DNA of 64,000 bases, from positions 6,938 through 70,937 of the forward strand of contig CAVGJZ010000008.1 in the NCBI GenBank assembly GCA_963629785.1, given 5' to 3'. The first letter of the stretch is position 1, and each line of letters opens with the position of its first letter. Origin of the DNA: Oscillibacter sp. MSJ-31. GTDB lineage: Bacteria > Bacteroidota > Bacteroidia > Bacteroidales > Bacteroidaceae. The position numbers and the translations under genes were made by a program. The notes under the pieces were generated by a model, which saw only the letters and a program-made list of their open reading frames with translations, did not search any database and had not been told where the DNA came from. Shown piece after piece: positions 1-10,864 of this stretch.

Positions 1-2
1 CA

Positions 3-3000
3 GTGCCGGCAAACCGCACCTTGTATATTAGCGGCAAGACACTGACGGGATGGACCGACGGCACGGCGACATACAAAGCCGGCGACGAGGTGACAGTAAG
101 CGCCGACATGACACTCACTCCGGTATTCACCGACAACACAAAGGCTCTCGCCGACCGCACCGAGCCGACTACTCTGCTTTGGGACTTCCAGAAGAAGAAC
201 GGAGCTCCTGCACTCAGCATAGAGGGCAAGACGGGCATCTACGTGACACAGGCTACCGTCGGCGGCGAAACAATCGACGTGAAGATGGACATGGATGTCA
301 CAAGCGGAAAGATAAACAACGGCAACTGGACAGACTGGTGCCAGTGGAACATCGGCACCAAATTCACAGTGCCTTCGTGCAAGGGAGCTGAGGCAAAGCT
401 CGAAGCTTACAGCGAATTCGGGGCAGACGGCAAGACGGCGACCACAATCGACGGCCAGAGCGACTACACGTCTGCCAAGACAATAACCTATACCGTAGCG
501 TCGGAAAGCGAAACGGTGGACATCGTAATCGGCAACGACGGTTCATACTACCGCTATATACAGATGACACTGCCCGTGGTGGAGAAGAAGAACGACGGGT
601 TCAACAACACCGAGGCAAGCGTGACATTCCCGTTCAACGGAACGCTGGACGAGACAGTAGTCACAACTCCCGAGGGAGCGTTCACCACGACAGCCACTTC
701 GTTCGGCAGCAATCTGAGCAACGTTAAGGCACAGGCATTCGACGGCATCACGTACACACGTTTCCAGCCATCAGACAAGGGCGGCGCAGAGAACGACGAG
801 AACGCCGTGGAATTCAAGGTAGTGCCATCGAAAGGCGTGAAATTCACCCCGACAAAAGTCAGCGCAAACATCATGCGCTTCGGCACGAACGGCGGCCAGA
901 TGGCCGTAAGGGTGAAGAACGAAGAGGGCGAGGCTAAGACTCTCGCTACGGGCATCAAGCCGAAGAGAAACACGTCAGACAACACCGACGTGGCATCTTT
1001 CGAATATGAAGTGCCGGCTGGCTTTGCCACAGAAAAGGGTTTCTCACTGCTTGTGAACATCTATGACAATGCCGGCAAGCAATACGGACTTAACAACGTG
1101 GTAATCTCCGGAACGGTGAGCGGCGAGAAACAACAAGTGAACCGCTACACCATTACCGCCACGGCAAATCCCGAAGAGGCAGGAACAGTGACAGTTTACC
1201 CCGCCGGCAACGAGTTTGACGAGGGTACTGAACTGAAACTCACCGTAAAGAAGAACTTCGGCTACGACTTCGTGAACTGGACCGACGCAGAGAACAACGT
1301 CGTGGGCACGGAGAACGTCATCAACGTGACTCTCGACAAGAACCTCGACCTGAAGGCAAACTTCAAGAAGCTCAACACATTTGCGCTCGACTTGACAGTG
1401 GAAGAGCCGGGCAAGAGCTACATGGTGACAGCATCCCCGGCAGCCACCGTGGTGGACGGCAAGAGCATGTATGAGGAAGGCACTACAGTGACCCTCACCG
1501 CTTCTTCTAACAAAATCGTGACGTTCAACTCATGGAGCAACGGCGAGACAAGTGCCGAGCTGCAGGTGAACATGACCGAGAACGTGGCACTCACGGCAAA
1601 ATACTCGGCAGTGGACTTCATCGCAGGATGGGATTTCGTACAGGCCGGCAACAACGGCCGCAAGGCTGACTTCTACGCAGCCGACAACGATGCCGATGCC
1701 CTCGTGCTGCGCGACGCCGACGGCAAATCTATCAGTTGGCTCGACAAGAGCCAGAACTCCGGCGGCTACGAAGGGAAATGGGCTGCCGTGAACTGGAACA
1801 CCGAAGGTCTAGGCAAATACTACTGGCAGACGAAGGTGAACGCTGCTGCTTTCACCAACGTGACAGTGTCTTCGGCAATGGTTTACAACTACAACGCCTA
1901 TACCAAGTACAACGTGGAGTATTCTCTAGACGGAACGGAATGGAAACAGGCTGGAACAATAGCCCTCGAAGGTGCAAAGAACTGGAAGACTGAAGAATTC
2001 CAGCTCCCGGCAGAGACCGACAACAAGGCTGAAGTCTACATTCGCTGGATTGCCGACAAGACATCCGACATCAGCGGAACGCAGTCGAACAACGACGGTA
2101 TCGGAATATCTGAAATCTTCATCACCGGTACGGCGAAGATTATCGACGACGGCAAGGCTCCCGAATTCGTGGAGTCCGTACCTGCCAACGAGGCTGAGAA
2201 CGTTTCTGCCAACGGCAACATCGTGCTGACATTCGACGAGAAGGTGAAACTCGCAGGCGACGACGTGAAAGCTACTCTCGGCGGCATGGAACTCACGCCG
2301 GCTGTATCCGGCAAGACGGTGGCTTTCGCATACAAGTCACTTGAATACGACACGAATTACACCTTCACCCTGCCTGCCAACAGCATAAGCGACCTCACCG
2401 ACAACAAGCTAGCCGAGGTCATCAGCATCACATTCAGGACAAAGGCTCGTCCGGTGGTGGCAAAGCAGATGTATGACTTCGTGGTGCCGACAGACGGTAC
2501 TCTCGTGGATGCCTTCGCAGCTGCCGCCAAGCGCACCGACAACACGCAGCGCTACCGCATCTTCATCAAGAAGGGCAACTATGTGCTGGAGGGCAACAAC
2601 ACTTCAAACACCAAGACCTGCACGGTGGACAACAAGGCTTACGCCACATTCACCGACCCGACGACTTACCTGAACACTCCCAACGTGTCTATCATCGGTG
2701 AAGACATGACCGGGACGGTGGTGACGAACAAACTGCCCAACCAGTTCAAGCCGGACGGTGGAAACATCGCCGAGGGTATCGGACAGGGCGACGTGCTCTC
2801 GCTCAAGAGCGGAGCTACCAACACCTACATGCAGAACTTCACCATCAAGAGCGCGATGGGCGATGCCAAGGGACGCGACATCGAACTCAACGACCAGTCA
2901 AACAAGACGGTGATGAAGGACATGTGTCTGTGGGGCTATCAGGATACCTACGTATCGAACAGCAACAAGTCGCGCTTCTATTTCGAGGGCGGCGTACTGC

Positions 3001-3842
3001 GCGGACGCACCGACTTCCTCTGCGGAAAGGGTGACGTGTTCTACAACAACGTTGTTCTGCAGATTTGCGAAAAGGGCGGCTACATCGCAGTGCCGTCAGT
3101 ACCCACGAAATACGGATACATCTTCAAGGACTGCACGATAAAGGGTGAAAGCAGCGGTCTCGACGGCAACTTCACTCTGGGTCGCCCATGGGGTTCGGGC
3201 ACTCCTGTCGCCCTCTACATCGACACCAAGATGGAGGTGCAGCCTTCGGCAATAGGATGGAACGAAATGAGCGGCGGATGGCCGGCACGTTTCGCCGAGT
3301 ACAACTCCACGACGGCTGAAGGAACAGTTATCGACCTGAGCAACAGGAAGAAGACCTTTGGAGACAACCATGACAACAATCCTGTGCTTACCAAAGAGGA
3401 GGCCGACATCTATACTCTACAGACAGTGATGGGCGGTACCGACGACTGGGACCCGACGGCTCTCACAGAGCAGGCTTCTGCTCCGCAGAACGTGTTCATC
3501 AGCAACGGCAAGATTACTTGGGACGACAGCCAGTACGTGTTGCTGTGGGCCGTATGCAAGGACGGCGAGGTGGTTGATTTCACCACCGAGAACCACTACG
3601 ACAACGCCGACAGCACATCCAAGTGGAGCGTGCGCGCAGCCAACGAGATGGGCGGTCTTGGCGAAGCCACTGAGGCCGGCACCGAAACAGCAATAAAGGA
3701 CGTGGATATGAGTGAAGGTGTTGCAAAGGCAGCATACTACAACCTCGACGGCACACGCGTAAACTCTTCATACAAGGGCACCGTTATCAAGGTCATGACC
3801 ATGACCGACGGTTCCGTGAAGACTGTGAAGATGAACAAGTAG
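3..3842 (+). CDS. Secreted multidomain pectin methylesterase (CE8), 5' end cut by window edge, T9SS-type C-terminal sorting tail
   Basis: The ORF is open from the window edge. CE8 motifs are present in order: GYQDTYVSN, GRTDFLCGKGD, FTLGRPWGSG. Upstream are Listeria/Bacteroides-type B-repeats (e.g. YTITATANPEEAGTVTVYP...FVNWTD), a discoidin-like segment and an Ig-like segment. The C-terminus YYNLDGTRV...GTVIKVMT...VKMNK resembles a Por/T9SS CTD. Confidence 0.85.
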   Translation: MPANRTLYISGKTLTGWTDGTATYKAGDEVTVSADMTLTPVFTDNTKALADRTEPTTLLWDFQKKNGAPALSIEGKTGIYVTQATVGGETIDVKMDMDVTSGKINNGNWTDWCQWNIGTKFTVPSCKGAEAKLEAYSEFGADGKTATTIDGQSDYTSAKTITYTVASESETVDIVIGNDGSYYRYIQMTLPVVEKKNDGFNNTEASVTFPFNGTLDETVVTTPEGAFTTTATSFGSNLSNVKAQAFDGITYTRFQPSDKGGAENDENAVEFKVVPSKGVKFTPTKVSANIMRFGTNGGQMAVRVKNEEGEAKTLATGIKPKRNTSDNTDVASFEYEVPAGFATEKGFSLLVNIYDNAGKQYGLNNVVISGTVSGEKQQVNRYTITATANPEEAGTVTVYPAGNEFDEGTELKLTVKKNFGYDFVNWTDAENNVVGTENVINVTLDKNLDLKANFKKLNTFALDLTVEEPGKSYMVTASPAATVVDGKSMYEEGTTVTLTASSNKIVTFNSWSNGETSAELQVNMTENVALTAKYSAVDFIAGWDFVQAGNNGRKADFYAADNDADALVLRDADGKSISWLDKSQNSGGYEGKWAAVNWNTEGLGKYYWQTKVNAAAFTNVTVSSAMVYNYNAYTKYNVEYSLDGTEWKQAGTIALEGAKNWKTEEFQLPAETDNKAEVYIRWIADKTSDISGTQSNNDGIGISEIFITGTAKIIDDGKAPEFVESVPANEAENVSANGNIVLTFDEKVKLAGDDVKATLGGMELTPAVSGKTVAFAYKSLEYDTNYTFTLPANSISDLTDNKLAEVISITFRTKARPVVAKQMYDFVVPTDGTLVDAFAAAAKRTDNTQRYRIFIKKGNYVLEGNNTSNTKTCTVDNKAYATFTDPTTYLNTPNVSIIGEDMTGTVVTNKLPNQFKPDGGNIAEGIGQGDVLSLKSGATNTYMQNFTIKSAMGDAKGRDIELNDQSNKTVMKDMCLWGYQDTYVSNSNKSRFYFEGGVLRGRTDFLCGKGDVFYNNVVLQICEKGGYIAVPSVPTKYGYIFKDCTIKGESSGLDGNFTLGRPWGSGTPVALYIDTKMEVQPSAIGWNEMSGGWPARFAEYNSTTAEGTVIDLSNRKKTFGDNHDNNPVLTKEEADIYTLQTVMGGTDDWDPTALTEQASAPQNVFISNGKITWDDSQYVLLWAVCKDGEVVDFTTENHYDNADSTSKWSVRAANEMGGLGEATEAGTETAIKDVDMSEGVAKAAYYNLDGTRVNSSYKGTVIKVMTMTDGSVKTVKMNK

Positions 3843-3904
3843 AAGAATGTTTGTCTGAAAAAAATGAAAGACAAAAGTTAGTTTAGTTTTTTAGATAGGA
3901 GAGA

Positions 3905-3945
3905 ATCCCCTGCCTGACAAACGCGTCGGACAGGGGATTTTTTTT
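3905..3945 (+). terminator. Intrinsic terminator after the pectinesterase gene
   Basis: ATCCCCTGCCTGAC / GTCGGACAGGGGAT stem (12 of 14 pairs), 6-nt loop, followed by T8. Confidence 0.75.
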
Positions 3946-4121
3946 GTGAGAAGGACATGGCAAAAGAGAGGCGCGGCGGAAAAGACAAACATACGAAATA
4001 AGGTGTTCAGCGACAATAAAAACTTGCAAATATGATTTTAACAAGCTGTCGGCGTTGTCAATTAACATTAAATTACTAAATTTGCAAGGCAAACATATAA
4101 AGAAGAAAATTCCGTTATACG

Positions 4122-5162
4122 ATGAACACAAGGAAAATAGCCAAAGGTATGGCGATTCTTTTCGCTGCGCTGCTGATAGCGGCATGCGCAAAAGAGAAAA
4201 AGGCAAGAGACTTTATACAACCCTGCAAGGTGATGATAGCCAAGCAATGCTCGCTCGAGAACAAGTGGTATTATGTGGGTGAGGTGAATGCCAAGACATC
4301 CACGGGAGTGGGTTTCAAGGTGCCGGGCACGGTAACGAAAATATACGTGAACGAGGGCGACCGGGTTACAAAGGGACAACTGCTGGCAGAACTAGACCCA
4401 CAGGACATGGAAAACAGCTACAACATGGCGCGCGCCACACTCAACCAGGCGGAGGACGCCATGCGCCGCGTGAACATAATGCACGAAGAGCAGAGTGTGT
4501 CGGACATCAAATACGTGGAGGTGCAGACAAAGCTGGAACAGGCACGGAGCATGTACTCTGCGGCGAAGAAGAGGCTCAACGACACAAAGCTGTACGCCCC
4601 AGTGTCGGGAGTGATAGGAAAGAGAGGAATTGAAGTGGGCGAAAGCTACGGCATGGTGCTCTCTGCCTTCACCATCCTCGACATTGACAATGTGGTGGTA
4701 AAGATACCTGTCCCCGAACGCGAGATTCCAAACATCAAGAAAGGCGACGAGGCAAAGGTTTACGTGCTCGCGCTTGGTGACTCCACATATTTCAACGCCC
4801 GCGTTGATGCCATCGGCGTGTCGAGCGACCCTCTCACCCACAGCTACGAGGCGCGCCTGAACATAAAGACCCCCGGCCACAAGCTTATGCAGGGCATGGT
4901 GTGCAACGTGCAGCTGTGGCCCAAGTCCACACAGGGCCGCAAGGGCTTCATACTGCCCATCACCGCCGTGAAGCTCAATACCGGCGACAGCTACTATGTG
5001 TGGGTGTCGAAAAACGGCAAGGCATACCGCCAGCCGGTGGACGTGGGCATGTACTCCAAGGACGGAGTGATAGTCTACGGCGGCATCAACGACGGGGACC
5101 ACGTCATCACCGAGGGACAGAGCAAGATATGCGACGGTCAAACGATAAAGGAGGCTAAATAG
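4122..5162 (+). CDS. Efflux RND transporter periplasmic adaptor subunit (HlyD/MFP family), lipoprotein
   Basis: Lipoprotein-type signal (LLIAACAKE). Barrel-sandwich/coiled-coil pattern typical of MFPs. Located immediately upstream of the RND pump. Confidence 0.9.
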   Translation: MNTRKIAKGMAILFAALLIAACAKEKKARDFIQPCKVMIAKQCSLENKWYYVGEVNAKTSTGVGFKVPGTVTKIYVNEGDRVTKGQLLAELDPQDMENSYNMARATLNQAEDAMRRVNIMHEEQSVSDIKYVEVQTKLEQARSMYSAAKKRLNDTKLYAPVSGVIGKRGIEVGESYGMVLSAFTILDIDNVVVKIPVPEREIPNIKKGDEAKVYVLALGDSTYFNARVDAIGVSSDPLTHSYEARLNIKTPGHKLMQGMVCNVQLWPKSTQGRKGFILPITAVKLNTGDSYYVWVSKNGKAYRQPVDVGMYSKDGVIVYGGINDGDHVITEGQSKICDGQTIKEAK

Positions 5163-5163
5163 G

Positions 5164-8100
5164 ATGGGCATGCCAAATTTCACAAAGTTCACGATGCACA
5201 ACTACAGGCTCGTCGTGTTCTTCATTATGCTACTCATAAGCGGCGGACTGGCTTCGGTAATGGTTATACCCAAACAGGAATTCCCGGAATTCAAAATGGC
5301 AATGGGAATGCTTGTTGCCGTCTACCCTGGAGCGACTGCCGATGAGGTGGAGAAGCAAGTGTCCGAGCGTCTGGAGGAATACCTCGTCACATTCCCCGAA
5401 GTGGAATCCCGCGAACTGGAGACAACGTCGAGCGACGGAATGTGCGTAATAAAGATAAAGCTCAACGATGAAGGGACGAAAAATCCCAATGCCGTATGGG
5501 GAAGAATACGCGACGGACTGCCGTTGCTGCAGAAGACCGTTCTGCCCAGAGGCCTGCTCGGGGTGGCTATCCTCGACAATTTCGGCGACGCGGCGGCGGA
5601 ACTGATAGCCCTCGACAGCAAGGACAAGAGCTACAGGGAACTCGACGAGTATGCCTCGAAGCTGAAGACAAGCCTGCAGGAGGTGAAAAACATAACCAAC
5701 CTCAGGAAGCAAGGTGTGCTGCACGAGCAGATAAGCATCTATCTCGACAGGGAGAGAATGGTGCGCTTCGGGGTAAGCAGCACAATGATAAATGCCGTAC
5801 TCGCCATGCAGGGACTCACAACGGGAGGCGCACATATCGACACTGACAAGGCGGACATGCCCATCTACGTCACGTCGAATTATCTGACGGAGCGCGAGCT
5901 TGCCGACCAGATAATACTCAACGACCCCAGGGGCAGGATAGTAAGACTGAAGGACGTGGCGCGCGTGGTGCGCGAATATCCGGAGGTGAAGAGCTACATC
6001 AACAACAACGGCAACCGTGCCGTGCTGCTGTGCATGGAGATGAAAAGCGGCGGCGACATTCTCGACTTCGGCAAGGACGTGGACAAGAAGGTGGAGGAAT
6101 TCCAGAAGACGCTGCCGCCCGGAATAAACGTCACCCACATTGCCAACCAGCCCAAAGTGGTAAAGGATGCCATAGTGGGTTTCTTCGGCGACTTCATAGA
6201 GGCCATCATTATCGTGCTGGTTGTGATGATGCTGCTGTTCCCCATAAAGTCGGCATTCGTGGCGGGAATATCCATCCCAGTAACGATGGCGATAAGCATC
6301 GGCGTGCTGAACCTGTGCGGCATACCTCTGAGCACGCTCACGCTGGCATCGCTCACGGTGGCATTGGGAATGGTGGTGGACGACACCATAATCGTCATTG
6401 ACGCCCACCAGAAGATGCTGAGGCAAGGGCACTCTCGCTGGTACGCTTCGGTGATGAGCGCCCACAAGTTCTTCCCTTCAATCTGCGTCGCCACATTGAG
6501 CATCTGCTTTGTGCTGCTGCCGGCGACACTGTTCATGCCCAAGTTCTACTGTGCGTTCATAGAGGTTTTCATCCATACCCTCAGCATATCCCTGATGGTG
6601 TCCCTCTTCGTTGCCATGACACTTGCCCCGATGCTCAACTTCAAGTTCCTGGGCAAAAGCTCCGCCAATAAAATCAACGAGAAAGAGTCCCGACTGCTGG
6701 CTCCCGTACAGAAAGCCTACGAGAAGGTGCTGGCGAAAAGTTTCGTTCATCCGTGGGTCTGCATTGGCGTATGCCTGCTGATAGTCATCGGCGGTGCGGT
6801 ACTCTTTACCAAGATCCCCGTGCAGATGATACCCAAGGCAGACAGAGACCAGTTCGTCGTGGAAATATACAACCCCAACGGAACAAGCATCAAGCATACG
6901 GCCAATGTTACCGACACCGTTGCCATGGAACTGAAAAAGGACAAGCGCGTGAAGGACGTGACAACGTTCGTCGGCCAGCTGATGCCGCGCTTCATGGTTT
7001 CCGCGCCGATGTCGATGGGTGGAAAGTCATTCTCGCAAATCATCGTGAGGAGCACCGGCAAGGAGCAGACCCTTGACTTGCTGCGCGACTACACCGGGTA
7101 TTTTGAGGACAGGTGGCCCGACACATACGTCAGAATGTACCAGCTGTCTTATGCAATGGCTTCCAATCTGAGTGTGCTCATAGAGGCCGACACCGACGAG
7201 CACCTGCATCAGGCTGCCGACTCCATAAAACAGTTTATGCGCTCCATAGACGGTCTTCTGTGGATCCACGACTCCTTCGGAGAAAAAACTCCTGTGGCAC
7301 GCATTGACCTTGACCCTATCAGCGCGGCGCAACTTGGCATAACACGACTTACGGTAGAGACAAACCTCGCCATGAGATACGGTGGCTTCAAGGCCGGAAG
7401 TATCTGGGACAAAGACTATGAGATGCCGGTGATGCTCTATACCGCAGACCGCAACACACAGAAGGATGCCAGCAGTATTGGCGACGAATATATAGGCTCG
7501 GCACTTGGCAAGAGTACCCCGCTGCGGCAGTTTGCAAAGGTGACGCCAGAATGGCGCGACGGATGCAGAAAGCGCGTGCAGGGCAGACCGTATGTAAACA
7601 TACAGGCGGACATAAAGCCCGGCTACAGCCAAGCCTCCATAACGAAGGAAGTGCAAAACTACATATACAAGACGCTGCTCCCGCAAATGCCTGACGACGT
7701 AAGGACAAGACCTTGGGGGTCGGCACTTATAAACAAGGACATTTCCGACGCCCTGAGCAAGGGCATGGTGGTAAGCCTGTTCGTGATATTACTCGTAATG
7801 GTGGTTAACTTCAAGCGTTTCCGCCTTGCAGGTCTCGCCATGACAGGCACACTGCTCGCAATACCCGGAGCGGCGATAGGAATGATACTGTCTGGTGTGG
7901 ACTTCAACATCATGTCGATGCTCGGTGCATTCTCGCTCCTCGGTATCGTAATGCGCAACGCCGTCATCATGTTCGACTATGCCGAAACACTGCGCAAGAA
8001 AGGCATGAGTGCATACGAAGCCGCCATGGAGGCAGGAAAGCGGCGCATGATACCTATCGTGCTGACCTCTGCCACCACGGCCTTCGGCGTGATACCGCTT

Positions 8101-8235
8101 ATTCTCTCGAAGAGCACACTGTGGCCTTCGATGGGCTGGATAATATGCTTCGGCACCGTGACAGCCACGGTTCTCGTGGTTATCGTAATGCCGTGCGCTT
8201 ACTGGAAACTCATGGAAAAGAAAACCCGCAAATGA
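5164..8235 (+). CDS. Efflux RND transporter permease (AcrB/AcrD/AcrF family)
   Basis: 1023 aa with a 12-TM-like pattern and two large periplasmic loops. The N-terminus MPNFTKFTMHNYRL is AcrB-like. The start could be 5164 or 5170. Confidence 0.92.
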   Translation: MGMPNFTKFTMHNYRLVVFFIMLLISGGLASVMVIPKQEFPEFKMAMGMLVAVYPGATADEVEKQVSERLEEYLVTFPEVESRELETTSSDGMCVIKIKLNDEGTKNPNAVWGRIRDGLPLLQKTVLPRGLLGVAILDNFGDAAAELIALDSKDKSYRELDEYASKLKTSLQEVKNITNLRKQGVLHEQISIYLDRERMVRFGVSSTMINAVLAMQGLTTGGAHIDTDKADMPIYVTSNYLTERELADQIILNDPRGRIVRLKDVARVVREYPEVKSYINNNGNRAVLLCMEMKSGGDILDFGKDVDKKVEEFQKTLPPGINVTHIANQPKVVKDAIVGFFGDFIEAIIIVLVVMMLLFPIKSAFVAGISIPVTMAISIGVLNLCGIPLSTLTLASLTVALGMVVDDTIIVIDAHQKMLRQGHSRWYASVMSAHKFFPSICVATLSICFVLLPATLFMPKFYCAFIEVFIHTLSISLMVSLFVAMTLAPMLNFKFLGKSSANKINEKESRLLAPVQKAYEKVLAKSFVHPWVCIGVCLLIVIGGAVLFTKIPVQMIPKADRDQFVVEIYNPNGTSIKHTANVTDTVAMELKKDKRVKDVTTFVGQLMPRFMVSAPMSMGGKSFSQIIVRSTGKEQTLDLLRDYTGYFEDRWPDTYVRMYQLSYAMASNLSVLIEADTDEHLHQAADSIKQFMRSIDGLLWIHDSFGEKTPVARIDLDPISAAQLGITRLTVETNLAMRYGGFKAGSIWDKDYEMPVMLYTADRNTQKDASSIGDEYIGSALGKSTPLRQFAKVTPEWRDGCRKRVQGRPYVNIQADIKPGYSQASITKEVQNYIYKTLLPQMPDDVRTRPWGSALINKDISDALSKGMVVSLFVILLVMVVNFKRFRLAGLAMTGTLLAIPGAAIGMILSGVDFNIMSMLGAFSLLGIVMRNAVIMFDYAETLRKKGMSAYEAAMEAGKRRMIPIVLTSATTAFGVIPLILSKSTLWPSMGWIICFGTVTATVLVVIVMPCAYWKLMEKKTRK

Positions 8236-9611
8236 AATATCTAAAACTGTATTTGTTGCTGCTGACCGTTCTCGCGGCAACAGCAACGACAAGTGCCCAG
8301 AGGGTGATAACCCTTCAGGAGGCGGTGGAATCCGCCTGCCGCAACAACGCAGACCTCCAGAAGAAACGTTTGGACACGGAGTCGATGAAGGAACTGAAAA
8401 AGGAACTCTTCACGAAGTATTTCCCCGAAGTGTCGGCCTCAGCCACAGGCTACTGGCGCAGCAAGGGATTTGCCGAGGGGTCTGACGTGCTCAACACTGC
8501 GTTCAGCCTGTTTGCCGCATTAAAGGGTGACGACGTGGAGAACATCGGCCCGGAGATTCTCAAATACGGCGTTTTCGGCAATGTAAAGGCCGTGCTCCCG
8601 ATTTATACGGGCGGCAGACTGACGAGTGCCAACAAACTGGCGGAGCTGGGAGTGAAGGCCAACAGCGAACTGGAAGCGATAAAGGAAAACGAGCTCACAC
8701 AAGAGGTGGCGAAATATTTCTGGCAGCTGGTGCAGCTCTACGAAGCGGAACGGATGCTGAAGACAATGGATTCGCTTGTGGACAGGGCACGCCAGGACGC
8801 GTCTCTTGCCCTCAAGGCGGGTCTGGTGACCACCAACGACAAGATGGAGGTAGACCTCTATGCCTCGGATTTGGAGAGCAGCCATCTGCAGCTCGACAAC
8901 GGCAAGAAGCTGTGCAGGGAGTATCTGGCCTATCTCACGGGAGTGGACGATTTGGACAGTGTGGCATGGAGCGACATATACTCCGTAAAGGAACCTGCGG
9001 CATATCTTACCGACCCCGAGACGGCTATCACGAACCGCCATGAAACAAAGCTGCTGCAAATGAAGAAGGATGCAGCGGTGCTGCAAAAGAAATTCACGCG
9101 CGGTTCGCTGTTGCCCACCGTCGGGGCAATGTTCTCCTTCAGCTACCACTACTTGTCGGCAAAAAACGACGCCGGCGTTTTCCACCGGTATCTGGACACC
9201 AGCCCCACGGCATGGTGGTTGGGCGCAAATGTTTCAATTCCCATATCCGAATGGTGGGGAGGCAAGCACAAGCTGCGCCGGTCCAGCATAGCCATACGCC
9301 AAGCGGAGGTGGACTACAACGACAAGCAGAAGCTGATGAAAGTGGAGATGTCGCAGAAATGGAACACCCTAACCGAGAAATACAAACAGATTGACGTGGC
9401 ACAGAGGCATCTGGCACAGGCGGAACAGAACAGAAAACAGCACGCGAGTTCTTACCGCAGCGGTGCCTCGACGATGACCGACAGACTCCACGCTGATGCC
9501 TTGTATGAAAAGGCGCGCAACAACTACATAGACGCCTGCATCAATTACCGTCTCGCCATTACCGAATATATGCACGCCACGGGCAAGAATTACGCAGACT
9601 GGACAATGTAA
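8232..9611 (+). CDS. TolC-family outer membrane efflux protein
   Basis: The internal start MKYLKLYLLLLTVLAATATTSAQ carries a signal peptide. Its ATG overlaps the pump TGA (ATGA). The remainder has the two-repeat helical TolC-like pattern. Confidence 0.88.
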   Translation: MKYLKLYLLLLTVLAATATTSAQRVITLQEAVESACRNNADLQKKRLDTESMKELKKELFTKYFPEVSASATGYWRSKGFAEGSDVLNTAFSLFAALKGDDVENIGPEILKYGVFGNVKAVLPIYTGGRLTSANKLAELGVKANSELEAIKENELTQEVAKYFWQLVQLYEAERMLKTMDSLVDRARQDASLALKAGLVTTNDKMEVDLYASDLESSHLQLDNGKKLCREYLAYLTGVDDLDSVAWSDIYSVKEPAAYLTDPETAITNRHETKLLQMKKDAAVLQKKFTRGSLLPTVGAMFSFSYHYLSAKNDAGVFHRYLDTSPTAWWLGANVSIPISEWWGGKHKLRRSSIAIRQAEVDYNDKQKLMKVEMSQKWNTLTEKYKQIDVAQRHLAQAEQNRKQHASSYRSGASTMTDRLHADALYEKARNNYIDACINYRLAITEYMHATGKNYADWTM

Positions 9612-9680
9612 AAAAAGCCCTCACCGATACATTGCAACCAAGCAACTGGCAAATGCAATGCTGCGGTGAGGGTTTGTTCT
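9611..9680. terminator. Probable bidirectional terminator between convergent tolC-like and mrp-like genes
   Basis: CCCTCACCG (9618-9626) pairs with CGGTGAGGG (9664-9672), and an inner CATTGCA/TGCAATG stem lies between. A6 lies upstream and a T-rich tract downstream. Confidence 0.5.
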
Positions 9681-9712
9681 GTCAATACAATGTGGAAGCA
9701 ACCGACTAACCG

Positions 9713-10837
9713 TCAGTCTTTCACCTCCACAATCTTGGTCTTAGGCTGCTCCTTGTTGCGGCGGTTCACCTTTGTCACCACAGCCTGCGCAAGGTTGAGG
9801 AAACACTGGCCTGTAACGGTTTCCGGATGGCAAGCCGCCGGCATACCGTTGTCGCCGTTCTCGCAGATGCTCTGCACGAGGGGAATCTGCGCAAGGAGAG
9901 GGATATTCAGTTCGGCGGCAAGCTTCTTGCAGCCCTCCTTGCCAAAGATGTAGTATTTGTTCTCCGGCAGTTCGGCCGGCGTAAACCATGCCATATTCTC
10001 CACCATTCCAAGGATAGGCACGTTCACCTTGTCGTTCTGATACATGTCAATGCCTTTACGGGCATCGGCAAGAGCCACGCTCTGTGGAGTGCTCACTATC
10101 ACGGCACCCGTTATGGCGAGTGTCTGCAGGAGCGTAAGATGTATGTCGCTTGTGCCCGGCGGCGTGTCGAGGATAAAATAATCGAGGTCGCCCCAGTTGG
10201 CATCGGCGATGAGTTGCTTTAGCGCATTGGATGCCATGCCGCCGCGCCACAGTGTAGCAGTCTCGGCGTTCACGAAGAAACCGATGCTCAGCAGCTTCAC
10301 GCCATACTGTTCTACCGGTTCGATGAGTTTGCGCCCGTCCACCTCCACGGCATAAGGGCGCGCATCCTCGCAGTTGAACATCTTGGGCATTGACGGTCCG
10401 AAGATGTCGGTGTCGAGCAGTCCCACCTTGTAGCCGAGCCTTGCCAGGGCTATGGCGAGATTGGCAGACACGGTGCTCTTGCCCACTCCGCCTTTGCCGG
10501 AGCTTACGGCAATGACATTCTTCACATCAGGGAGAAGCTTGCCCACCTCGGGGCGAGGCTTTGACTTATACTCAAGGGTGATATTTATCTCGACCTGCGA
10601 CTTGCATTCATCGCCCAGCACTTTACCCACGTTATAGCGTATGGCAGCCTCGGCGGCCTTCACGGTAGACTTGAGGAAGGGGTCTGTCTCCCTTGGGAAT
10701 ATGAGCGAGAAGGAAACACTGTTTCCGTCGATGCGGAGGTTGTCCGCCACCATCTCACTCTCGACGAGATTTTTCTTTGTTCCCGGATACGTCACCGTCT
10801 GCAGCGCATCCGTGATAAGTTTTGGATATAGGGTCAT
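9713..10837 (-). CDS. Mrp/NBP35 (ApbC-like) iron-sulfur cluster carrier ATPase
   Basis: Deviant Walker A SGKGGVGKSTVSANLA, an N-terminal MIP18-like domain, and a length typical of the family. Confidence 0.9.
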   Translation of the reverse strand: MTLYPKLITDALQTVTYPGTKKNLVESEMVADNLRIDGNSVSFSLIFPRETDPFLKSTVKAAEAAIRYNVGKVLGDECKSQVEINITLEYKSKPRPEVGKLLPDVKNVIAVSSGKGGVGKSTVSANLAIALARLGYKVGLLDTDIFGPSMPKMFNCEDARPYAVEVDGRKLIEPVEQYGVKLLSIGFFVNAETATLWRGGMASNALKQLIADANWGDLDYFILDTPPGTSDIHLTLLQTLAITGAVIVSTPQSVALADARKGIDMYQNDKVNVPILGMVENMAWFTPAELPENKYYIFGKEGCKKLAAELNIPLLAQIPLVQSICENGDNGMPAACHPETVTGQCFLNLAQAVVTKVNRRNKEQPKTKIVEVKD

Positions 10838-10864
10838 ATCAAGTTATTGTTAATTGTTCAGAAC

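Noticed and set aside
8121-8231. N-terminal extension of the TolC-like ORF (track start 8121)
   Set aside because: The extension overlaps the RND pump C-terminus in another frame and is Arg/His-rich. The Met at 8232 is followed by a proper signal peptide and forms an ATGA junction with the pump stop.
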